NCBI GenBank assembly: GCA_902766695.1
Contig: CACXEY010000275.1
Span: 1-36,230 of the forward strand
DNA length: 36,230 nucleotides
Reading direction: 5' to 3'
Source of the DNA: an uncultured bacterium
GTDB taxonomy: Bacteria > Verrucomicrobiota > Kiritimatiellia > CAIQIC01 > Lenti-01
Within the stretch, counting starts at the first letter, position 1, and each line of letters opens with the position of its first letter. The position numbers and the translations under genes are program-made. Below, in pieces: positions 27,946 through 36,230 of this stretch. The notes beneath the pieces are model-generated. The model saw nothing but the letters and a program-made list of their open reading frames with translations. It was not told where the DNA came from and ran no database searches.

Positions 27946-28599
27946 TCAAGGTCCAGTCATGGGGAGAGGGGAAGATTCGTCGGCATTCTGCACGGCAAGT
28001 CTGGATTCGATGGAAGCAATGGCTTTGCCGATTTCTTCGTTCACCCGCTTGTTGGCATCACGTCCTTGTACCTGTTCCAAGGCCTCCAATGCGCGCTGGC
28101 CGCCACGTCGGCCAAGATAACGTGCCCCCATGACACGCAAGCGTATATCGGGGTTTGTCAGCATCGGCACCAACACATCCATGTCGCTTTCCGTTCCAAT
28201 GTCCGCAATTGCCGCGGCGATACCGTCAACAATCCACGATTCGTCTCCAGTGGCTGGCGGAAAACGCTGTTCGAAAATCCGTTTCAACTCCGCAACAACG
28301 GGCCGTTTGTCGCCTGCCGATTCTCTCAAAGTCGCCAATGCGCGACTTGCAATCATGGAGTCATCGCACTCCCTGACGACTGCCAGCATGGCTTCATTGG
28401 CCGCCGGTCCTTCATCGACCAATTGACGAATGGCAGCAATATCGTCTTCGTCATCGAAATCGATTCCCTTGGGCAAAAGATTCCATTCTGGATAGTCCAT
28501 ATATGTTTTTTGCCCATTGGATTCAGCCGTTGCCAGCAACACCAAGAAAAACAACATTCCGACTGAACAAACAAATCTGATTGGCAAGTTATTGTACAT
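27946..28599 (-). CDS. Exported HEAT-repeat protein (candidate cognate immunity protein of the upstream peptidase-domain protein)
   Basis: Start overlaps the upstream stop by 11 nt. Hydrophobic N-terminus; YPEWNLLPKGIDFDDE...MLAVVRECDD...LVPMLTNPDIRLRVMGARYLGRRG. Confidence 0.8.
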   Translation of the reverse strand: MYNNLPIRFVCSVGMLFFLVLLATAESNGQKTYMDYPEWNLLPKGIDFDDEDDIAAIRQLVDEGPAANEAMLAVVRECDDSMIASRALATLRESAGDKRPVVAELKRIFEQRFPPATGDESWIVDGIAAAIADIGTESDMDVLVPMLTNPDIRLRVMGARYLGRRGGQRALEALEQVQGRDANKRVNEEIGKAIASIESRLAVQNADESSPLPMTGP

Positions 28600-31402
28600 G
28601 CTGTGTATTATCCTTGATTGTAGTTTCTTCCTCTTCCACAAAACGCCTTGTCCCCGTAACTCCATACCGTGTGCTTCGATACATAACCCGCCAGCCATCC
28701 GAGACATGCCCGGCATTCGTCAACAAATGACCAAGCTCGTGGGCAATGGAACCTCCTGCACTTTCATCATAATTATTCGCGTTCAGAAAGATGTTATACA
28801 GGTAATTTGTGTCAGCCGGACTCTTGAAACCAAAAGCGGCAACAGCCATGCCGCCAAGTTCCCGTTCGCCTGCCCAAAGATGGTTCGCAATAATCAGATG
28901 TATGTCATCCAAAGTATTTGTAGTCCCGACCCCTTCGATGACGGCTTTTGCCTCTGGGGCTAGTGTTGTTGCAGTATACGTTGGACGCAGCGTAAGCCCG
29001 TCAAACAAATCGACGCCAACTGGAGGCTCACAAATGACGGGGGTATCCCATTCAAGACAGATTCCCATCTGTGCATATCTCTTTCGTGCAATTCGCAAGA
29101 AATCAGCAATTCTATCTGCAGTGAGTACAACATAATTGCTGCTGGTCAACGATGGATCATGCAAAAAAACTGGGATAATATGGACCGTTTTTTCCGATGG
29201 AACAGTAATCTCAGCATCCATCCATGTTCCCTCCTCCGGTTCGTATTGCACAAGAACACGCCCGTCCAGTGCAATTTTGTGAGTCTGATCATTGAAATAA
29301 TCATCCGGCGGAATTGGGCCGTTGTATCCATCGTCAATTTCATCAGCGACAAGAAGTTGGTTTGTGGAAAGGAATATCCCTGAATTGATTGGTTGTTCAA
29401 TCAACTCTATCAACGTCATGTCATCACATAGGTCGGTATCTTCGGAACTAGTACCCAAATCTAAGTAGACAGGTCCAGCTCCCATCTTGCTTGCATCAAT
29501 TACCCGCACCATGAAACGATCGGAATCAAGATCAATGAAGTTGTCTTTCAGAAACCAATTCGTAGTGATGGTAATTTCGACATCGATAGGGTTCGTTGTC
29601 ACCACGATGTTCGTTTCGATAACGGTATTGAACGCATTTTCCCACTTCCCGATTTTCAGCTCTGACGCCGGCAAGCTGCTGCCTCCGGCAAGGAAATCGA
29701 TCTGCACCACCGTCACGGCTTGTGTCGCGGTGCATCCGGCGCAGTCCGTGGCCGTCACGACCGTCACGCCGGGTGCCAGCCCCGTCAGCACTCCGTTCCC
29801 GTCGATGCCCGCGACTCCATCGTCGGGCACCGTCCATTCGTAAGGGCCGCCACCTTCCTGCGAGGCCATCATCTGGATGGTTTTTCCGACCTGCACATAC
29901 GACGGCCCCGTCACCGCCGAGACGTGCGGGCCGAGGTTGGTCGCGTACATGATTTCCGCGAAGGCATCCGAGTGCCATTTGTGCCCACCCGTGTCGTACG
30001 TGAGCTCCACCGTGCTGCCCTCGAGAATCAGGCAGTTCAGCACGGCCGAGGTCGCCACCATCAGGCAGTACTCTTCCGTCGGGCCGTCCGGAATGCCGTC
30101 ATGGCTGGAAAAGCAGTCGTAGTTCGTGTCGGCCGTGAACGTCACGACATCGAATCCGGCATCCACGTCTTCGACGTTGCCGTCGATTTGCAGTGCGATG
30201 TGGTATCCGCTGTCGAACATGTTGTCCACCTCCAGCTGGGCGGTCTCGACTTGATGGGTGTCATTGGAGCCTCCGCAATCCAGCGAGTCCTCCACTTGCG
30301 CACGGAGACCGTGCCAGTTGGTCGTCACCGAGCGGGAGTTCGTCGTGACGGTGCAGCTGACATGCGTCAAGCGGTACGCCAATTCCGCGCCGGTCCACAA
30401 CGGGTCGTCCATGGGGGCGTCCATGGACAGCTCCAAGCCGTCATCGAAGCCGTCCCCGTCCGTGTCTTCGTCCCCCGGATTCGTGTGGTACACGAACGAC
30501 TCCCAGCCGTCGTTCAGCCCGTCCCCGTCCGTGTCCTGGGCCACGACCGCCGCGTAGAAACGGAGCCGGGACAGCTCCTCGGAGAACCCAGAATCCTCGA
30601 ACTCCGCCACCCCGTTGCTGATGGGCACCGTGCCGCGCTGTTCCCAGTCGCTCTCCATCCCGTTGAACGGTAAGCCGACCGAAGTCCAGACGGTGTTCGT
30701 GTCGGTGACAACCTGGTTCTCGTCGTTCGTCCACGTCGCCACCACAAGGGACGAAGTACAGGCCACCGCGTAGGCGAAAATGTCCACGTTCGTGTCAATC
30801 TCGTACGCCAGCTCCAGCCGGAAGGTGCCGTTCGTCGTCCACTCGTGCGCCGTGAAGCGCAATCCATTCGTCGGTGTCGTCCGCATCGGGGGCGCGGGCG
30901 TCCTGACAACGGTGTCCGTCATGGCCGCCACCGCATCCCGCACGCCCTCGTAGGCCGCCCAGCCCTCCTCAGCCACCAGGCCACCCGTCAGCACCACGTC
31001 CGCCGATTCCGGGCGGGCGAAGTCCGTCCAGCCGCGCCACAGCACCGCCCCGTCGCCGTCCTTCACGACCGTCAACCCGGCATCCTGCGACACCTCGATT
31101 GGGACCACCCACGCCCCGTATTCCCGGTCGGCAGCCGCGGCCTCCCAGCTCGCGCCGAACTCCTCCCATGCCGCCGGCCATGTCCCGACGTCCTGCACCA
31201 GCGCCACGTCCGGCGGCGTGATGCGCCGGTACATGTTCCGCAGGATTTCCGCCCGGTCCGCCAAGTCCTCCTCACCCAGCACCACGGCGTCGTCCGGCTC
31301 CTCCGCAGGGGACCCGGCCTCCCCCGTGCCCGTTGCCAGCGCGGCCGCGCCGGCCAGGAGCGCGGCAACTCCAAGGCAAACCGCCCAAACGTGTTTCTTC
31401 AT
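28589..31402 (-). CDS. Large exported modular protein A: conserved N-terminus, DxDxDG repeats, Ig-like (Big_2-like) domain, C-terminal Zn-metallopeptidase motif; candidate polymorphic toxin
   Basis: GGAAAGG ribosome-binding site; signal peptide MKKHVWAVCLGVAALLAGAAALA; DTDGDGLNDGWE...DTDGDGFDDG; VAGIDGNGVLTGLAPGVTVVTAT; SIAHELGHLLTNAGH. Confidence 0.8.
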   Translation of the reverse strand: MKKHVWAVCLGVAALLAGAAALATGTGEAGSPAEEPDDAVVLGEEDLADRAEILRNMYRRITPPDVALVQDVGTWPAAWEEFGASWEAAAADREYGAWVVPIEVSQDAGLTVVKDGDGAVLWRGWTDFARPESADVVLTGGLVAEEGWAAYEGVRDAVAAMTDTVVRTPAPPMRTTPTNGLRFTAHEWTTNGTFRLELAYEIDTNVDIFAYAVACTSSLVVATWTNDENQVVTDTNTVWTSVGLPFNGMESDWEQRGTVPISNGVAEFEDSGFSEELSRLRFYAAVVAQDTDGDGLNDGWESFVYHTNPGDEDTDGDGFDDGLELSMDAPMDDPLWTGAELAYRLTHVSCTVTTNSRSVTTNWHGLRAQVEDSLDCGGSNDTHQVETAQLEVDNMFDSGYHIALQIDGNVEDVDAGFDVVTFTADTNYDCFSSHDGIPDGPTEEYCLMVATSAVLNCLILEGSTVELTYDTGGHKWHSDAFAEIMYATNLGPHVSAVTGPSYVQVGKTIQMMASQEGGGPYEWTVPDDGVAGIDGNGVLTGLAPGVTVVTATDCAGCTATQAVTVVQIDFLAGGSSLPASELKIGKWENAFNTVIETNIVVTTNPIDVEITITTNWFLKDNFIDLDSDRFMVRVIDASKMGAGPVYLDLGTSSEDTDLCDDMTLIELIEQPINSGIFLSTNQLLVADEIDDGYNGPIPPDDYFNDQTHKIALDGRVLVQYEPEEGTWMDAEITVPSEKTVHIIPVFLHDPSLTSSNYVVLTADRIADFLRIARKRYAQMGICLEWDTPVICEPPVGVDLFDGLTLRPTYTATTLAPEAKAVIEGVGTTNTLDDIHLIIANHLWAGERELGGMAVAAFGFKSPADTNYLYNIFLNANNYDESAGGSIAHELGHLLTNAGHVSDGWRVMYRSTRYGVTGTRRFVEEEETTIKDNTQHVQ

Positions 31403-31445
31403 CTGCGCCTTTCCGGGCGGAACGCCAAGCTCCGCCTTTGCTCCC

Positions 31446-31500
31446 ACCATCCCAAGCCCGCCCCCGGCCTGTCAACCGCAAACTGCCAGAACTTGAAGCA
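31446..31500 (-). promoter_or_regulatory. Promoter-containing half copy of the direct repeat, upstream of protein A
   Basis: TTGACA (31475-31470)-18 nt-GATGGT with TG extension. Same ~50 bp at 25726 and 34419. Confidence 0.6.
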
Positions 31501-31515
31501 AATCGCCATCTGGCT

Positions 31516-31977
31516 TCATTGGAAATAGCCATCTTCTTCCAGCGCCTGGATTGCATAATCACATGGCAACGCCTTGTTCGTAATTGTCCCCACCTTGAGC
31601 AAATCGGCCGCGTATTCGCTTGCCGGGTAGTTGGGCATCAGCTCCAATGCACTCTGGGCGTCATCCATGACCACGGGGCGGACTGCGGAAAAAGACACGG
31701 ACTCGATCTGCGGAGCGACACGCAGGATTTCCGCCGCCGTGTTGGTCGCTGCCGAAAGCTGGAGATACTCGCTTTCATACTCGAACTTGAGTAGCAGTCC
31801 CGGTAAATCATTCGTGTCCGCAGCCAGCCTCTCCTGGGCGATAGCCAGCACGCCGGCATAGTTCCCGGCCCGCCACATGCCCTCCACCTGCGAAGCGAAG
31901 CCTTGTCCTCTGGCAGTTCCCAAGACACGAAAGCACAGCAGGCAGCCAATCATTCCAATCTTGATTGTCGTGTTCAT
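31516..31977 (-). CDS. Small exported alpha-helical (TPR-like) protein; candidate immunity protein for protein B
   Basis: GAGGAG ribosome-binding site; starts 9 nt after the stop of the restored upstream gene; signal-peptide-like N-terminus (...GTARG|Q). Confidence 0.7.
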   Translation of the reverse strand: MNTTIKIGMIGCLLCFRVLGTARGQGFASQVEGMWRAGNYAGVLAIAQERLAADTNDLPGLLLKFEYESEYLQLSAATNTAAEILRVAPQIESVSFSAVRPVVMDDAQSALELMPNYPASEYAADLLKVGTITNKALPCDYAIQALEEDGYFQ

Positions 31978-31986
31978 TGTTCTCCT

Positions 31987-34369
31987 CTATGGATTCTCCA
32001 TGTACAAAAAACCCGGTGATGTAAATTCCGTGTCGGGATTGCGCCAAAGCGACGGTGCGATGAAATTGTCGACGGGAGCGGAATTCGGCCACAGGCGGCG
32101 ATTTTTGGCGTCTGATTCATTCCAGATGTCCTTGAGCATGTTACGGACGGTCGCAGTATAATCAGCCCCACTGGCAACCGCCTGCCCCGCTTGCCAGCTT
32201 TTTGTGGCTGCTCCGTCGTTCCACGTGCCTATGGTTTGCGCTATCCAAGATGCAATGCCGGAAACCCCGATTTTCCGCACCGCATATCCGACAATGAAAT
32301 TGCTGGCCTTGGCAATCCGGATGGGATATCCTTTCCAAGTGCAGACGGCCCCCATGCCAAAATTGATCCGCCGTGTTGACTTGGTTGTAGCACCAGACGG
32401 TCGGGGCATTGGCATTGTTCGGACGGCTTAGATAATCACCGGCCCCGTTGTTCACGAACCATCTCCGTCCATTGTTCGGGCGCTGTTTTTCCCACCACAT
32501 GTATTTTGCATTCACTTTTGCGGCAAACGCATCCGCCAATGCCAAATCTGCGACCACGACGCTGCCGATTTCCGCCCCGGCAAGCGGCAGCACCACATTG
32601 GCTTGGCTGGGCACTTCTCCGGGGTAGCCGAGGCCAAACGAGAAGGAATAGACTCCGCCCTGCTGCGGATTGCGCAAGGTTGCGGAGAGGGTGTTGGTGG
32701 CAAGCAAGGTCCCTGATGCAGGACCGGACATCCGGGTCCACTGGGGTGTCCACTCCTCGACAGGAAAAGCATCAGGCGTGATGGTAGCCGCAAGCGACAC
32801 ATCGAAATTGGCAACCACGAAATTGCCGGCAGCATTCATGTCGGCAACATCCTCGAAAAACACCACCAGATGCTTGTCCGGTTCCGGACTGTGGGTGACA
32901 TCGAACGGCCATGGCCGGTGCCCGGCAAACGGCGGGGGATTGGGGGATGCTCCGGCAACGGGGGATGCCACGTCCAACACCACCCCCAGCGGCACAAGCC
33001 ATGTCCAGTCCACCTCGAATGAACCCGATCGCGAATTTCCGAGACTGACTTCGTTTGGGCCGGCATAATCCGGCGAAGGATGATCCCAGAGTCTCAGCTG
33101 GAATGCGTGGGACTCAGGATGGTCGATGAGGTTCAGTATTCCCTGATGATAGTAATTCGTGGGGCCGGGGTTGGAATCGACGTCGGTACCGTCCACCGAA
33201 ATGATGTCGTCCACATGGCCGCTGACCCAGACATTGCTGACCACGCTGTCGGAAGTCGGTGCCGCTCCGACAATGTTCCAGGTCCAGTCATCGTTGCCGA
33301 CCCTCGGGGCGTTGCTTGGGCAGTCTCCAAGAAACTGCCAGTAATTCACCGTGTTCTGTGTCACCACCTCAAACCACACATTCGACGTGGCCGGCATCGT
33401 GTCCATCCCGTCCGGCACCCCGTCCCCGTCCGAATCCTGGTTGCCGGGATCCGTGTGCGATACGAAGTCCTCCCAGCCGTCGTTCAGCCCGTCCCCGTCC
33501 GTGTCCTCCGCCACGGCGGCCGCGTAGAAGCGCTCCCGACCAAGAGTCGCCGAAAAACCCGAATCCTCGAACTCCGCCACCCCGTTGCTGATGGCGACCG
33601 TACCACGCAGCTCCCAATCGCTCTCCATCCCGTTGAACGGCAACCCGGCCGAAGTCCAGACGGTGTTCGTGTCCGTCACGACCTGGTTTTCGTCGTTCGT
33701 CCACGTTGCCACCACAAGTGACGAAGTGCAGTCCAGCGCATAGGCGAACACGTCCACGTCCGTGTCGATCTCGTACGCCAGCCCCAGGCGGAACGTGCCG
33801 TTTGTCGTCCATTCGTGGGACGTGAACCGCAGGCCGTTCGCATGGTTGCTCCGCACTGGGGGCGTGGGTGTCCCGCCCGCGATTCCCAAACGCACCACGG
33901 CATCCCGGATGCTTTCGTAGACCGCCCACTCCTCCTCCGCCACCAGGCCGCCGGTCAGGACCACGTCGGCCGATTCCGGGCGGGCGAAGTCCGTCCAGCC
34001 GCGCCACAGCACTGCCTCGTTTCCGTCGCGCACCACCGTCGCCCCGGCGTCCTGCGTCACCTCGATTGGGACCACCCACGCCCCGTATTCCCGGTCGGCA
34101 GCCGCAGCCTCCCAGCTCGCGCCGAACACCTCCCAGGCCGCCGGCCACGTCCCCACGTCCTGCCTTAACGCCACGTCCGGCGGCGTGATGCGCCGGTACA
34201 TGTTCCGCAGGATTTCCGCACGGTCCGCCAAGTCCTCCTCCCCCAGCACCACGGCGTCGTCCGGCTCCTTCGCTGGGGACCCGGCCTCCCCCGTTCCCGT
34301 TGCCAGCGCGGCCGCGCCGGCCAGGGCCGCGGCAACTCCAAGGCAAACCGCCCAAACGTGTTTCTCCAT
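31987..34369 (-). pseudogene. Large exported modular protein B, paralog of A with a different C-terminus; single frameshift near 32360
   Basis: N-terminal ~320 aa nearly identical to protein A. Removing one base from the A4 run at 32359-32362 joins ...NQVNTADQF to GMGAVCTWKG...FLYMENP* ending at 31987. Confidence 0.75.
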
Positions 34370-34418
34370 CCGTGCCTTTCCGGGCGGAACGCCATGCCCC
34401 GCCGTTGCCCCCACCATC

Positions 34419-34572
34419 CCAAGCCCGCCCCCGGCTTGTCAACCGCAAACTGCCGCAACTTGAAGCAATCCGCCCTCTCCCGTCCCCATCCCGAAGTCCT
34501 CCCCGCCCGCCACAACCTCCTCGACACCCGCATCCCCATCACCTGCCCCCATCGGCGAGTGACCCGCCGCGA
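34419..34572 (+). repeat. Right ~154-bp direct repeat (promoter of protein B plus decayed RND-TolC 3' end)
   Basis: Matches 25726-25878; contains minus-strand TTGACA at 34442-34437. Confidence 0.92.
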
Positions 34573-34617
34573 ACGGGAGATGGATGCCCGTTTATAAAAT
34601 CATTGGCCCCCTTGCCC

Positions 34618-34660
34618 GGGACAGCCGGGCTCAAACAGTCCTGTCCGTCCCGGCTGTCCC
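34618..34660. repeat. 12-bp inverted repeat GGGACAGCCGGG...CCCGGCTGTCCC
   Basis: Perfect arms at 34618-34629 and 34649-34660, just outside the right direct repeat. Confidence 0.6.
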
Positions 34661-34776
34661 TTCCGTCCCGGTTCTCCTCCACTCCCTCCGGCCGCCTTTG
34701 GCCGCCCCGGAAATGGGACTTGAAAAACCAGGAAGGAAAGGGCATCCTTCCCCGATGCGTTCCGAAAGGATTCACT

Positions 34777-35223
34777 ATGATTGGTAAAAAGCCGTTGACA
34801 GTCGAAACGATTTCCCTGGACCTCAAGGGAAACGACAAGGAAGAGATCCTGGCCGAAATGGTCGATCTCCTTTCCGCCTCGGGCCATATCCGCGACAAGG
34901 AGGCGGTACTCAAGGCCGTCACCGACCGCGAAAAGCGCATGAGTACCGGCATGCAGAACGGCATCGCCATCCCCCACGGCAAGACCGACAGCGTGGACTG
35001 CCTGGTCGCCGCCCTCGGCATCAAGCGCGAAGGCATCGATTTCGGGGCGCTCGACGGACAGCCCTCGACCATTTTCGTCATGACCGTCTCCCCCGACAGC
35101 CGTACCGGCCCGCACATCCAGTTCCTGGCCGAAGTCAGCCGTCCGCTCAACGACGCCTCCGTCCGCGCGAAAATCCTTTCCGCCTCCTCCCGCGAGGAAG
35201 TCCTCAAGCTCCTTCTGGGCTGA
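34777..35223 (+). CDS. PTS system EIIA component (fructose/mannitol/nitrogen-regulatory type)
   Basis: AAAGGA ribosome-binding site; REKRMSTGMQNGIAIPHG (phospho-His), GIDFGALDGQP, HIQFLAEVSR. Confidence 0.92.
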   Translation: MIGKKPLTVETISLDLKGNDKEEILAEMVDLLSASGHIRDKEAVLKAVTDREKRMSTGMQNGIAIPHGKTDSVDCLVAALGIKREGIDFGALDGQPSTIFVMTVSPDSRTGPHIQFLAEVSRPLNDASVRAKILSASSREEVLKLLLG

Positions 35224-35522
35224 TCCGGCAGCCCGCCCTCATCCCTTTCCGTCCAACCGGTGTCGTCCCGCCGGCGGGGGTGGCATGTCGTTCCCCTCCG
35301 CCGCCCCCCACGTCCCCCCCCGCTTCATTCAATCCTTCTCGCCTGCTGTTTTTCCTCCGCAATCCGCCGTTTTCGATTGCGCCATCCCGGAAATCGCACG
35401 CGTCCGCCCGCCCGCCGCAAAACAACGGCTTGACATGAACCGCCTTTTACGGCAAAAGACCGATGGTTGCGGATGCCGTGGCAAGCGGCTTGTCCCGACA
35501 TCCGCGCCGCGAGGAGAGCGCA

Positions 35523-36218
35523 ATGAGACACTTGGCATGGGCGCTGGTAATGGCCACCGGCAAGGCAGAAAAACTCCCCGAGGGAGCCGACATCCCCTTC
35601 CTCTACCTCAACGACCGCCCCCTCTTCGCCCACTCCGTCGCGGCCCTCATGCAATGTCCCGAAATAGACGGCATCGTCCTGTGCGTCCCCCGCGGGCGCG
35701 CCGAGAGCGTTCTGGCCGCCGTCCAGCTCTACGGCTTCTCCAAGGTCCGCAAAATCGTCGCCGCCAAGCCCGGACACGCCCCCTGCATGGCCGCCGCCCT
35801 CGCGCACGTCCCCGGCGACGTCGAATGGATCTGCCTCCACGACCCTTCCCGGCCCGTCCTGGACCCGGCCACCGTCGCCGCGGCTCTCCGTACCGCCCGG
35901 CGGCACGGTTCCGGGGTCGCCGCCATTCCCCTTTCCGACCGCGTTGTCGCCGCCAGGAAAGGCTCCTATGCCGCCGATTGCTCCGGCGGCGATTCCCTCT
36001 GGTCCGTCGTCTCCCCGCGCGTCTGGCCCGCCGCCGCTCTCCGCCAGGCCTATCCCGCCGCCGCCAAGGACCGCCCCCGCTTCGACGACGACTGGGATGC
36101 CATGCTCGCCCAGGGCCTCGTCCCCCGCCTCGTCCCCTCCCCGCCGTCCTTCCGCATCCGCACCGCCGCCGACCTCGACCCCGCCCTCTGGGAACTCAAA
36201 CGCGCCGGCCTCGCCTGA
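35523..36218 (+). CDS. IspD/TarI-family cytidylyltransferase-like protein with degenerate motifs
   Basis: GAGGAG ribosome-binding site; PFLYLNDRPLFAHS, CPEIDGIVL, WICLHDPSRP, AIPLSDRV, FDDD, RIRTAADL. Confidence 0.75.
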   Translation: MRHLAWALVMATGKAEKLPEGADIPFLYLNDRPLFAHSVAALMQCPEIDGIVLCVPRGRAESVLAAVQLYGFSKVRKIVAAKPGHAPCMAAALAHVPGDVEWICLHDPSRPVLDPATVAAALRTARRHGSGVAAIPLSDRVVAARKGSYAADCSGGDSLWSVVSPRVWPAAALRQAYPAAAKDRPRFDDDWDAMLAQGLVPRLVPSPPSFRIRTAADLDPALWELKRAGLA

Positions 36219-36230
36219 TCCCCCCCCCCC

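Larger units (their letters stand above)
25879..34572 (-). mobile_element. Putative integrated island or variable toxin-immunity cassette array at the 3' end of the RND-TolC gene
   Basis: Flanking direct repeats containing a host-gene end, visibly lower GC in 25900-29700 and 31500-33300, all genes on the minus strand. No integrase in the window. Confidence 0.6.

Noticed and set aside
28589-34369. Assignment of the island proteins to Rhs, CDI or T6SS effectors
   Set aside because: No YD repeats, DPxG core end, VENN, PAAR or haemagglutinin repeats are visible, and both proteins have Sec-type signal peptides.

Overview
High-GC bacterial chromosomal window. A PVC-superphylum (Kiritimatiellota/Verrucomicrobia-like) origin is a guess from gene content only. 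The left part is housekeeping and envelope genes: 5'-truncated L-serine dehydratase, a solo Fe-S PD-(D/E)xK nuclease, rplM-rpsI, tRNA-Asn(GTT), a GT-C-like membrane protein, glf, a GT4 glycosyltransferase and a P-loop/Sel1 membrane protein. The middle holds a seven-gene prepilin cluster (three GspG-like pilins plus H/I/J/K-like minor pilins), whose cleavable leaders carry different repeat-derived in-frame insertions. It is followed by a REP-like palindrome cluster, a secreted Ig-like protein and a single-ORF RND transporter-TolC fusion with an internal lipobox. The right part is an ~8.7 kb minus-strand, partly lower-GC island bracketed by ~153-bp direct repeats that combine a promoter with a decayed copy of the 3' end of the TolC domain. 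It encodes two signal-peptide proteins with near-identical ~320-aa N-termini and unrelated C-termini (one Zn-peptidase HExxH, one frameshifted), each followed by small exported genes, including an array of HEAT-repeat paralogs. This is the architecture of a polymorphic toxin-immunity system and is the best candidate for an undescribed system. The window ends with a PTS IIA gene and a degenerate IspD-like gene. All product calls come from motif recognition; no database searches were run.
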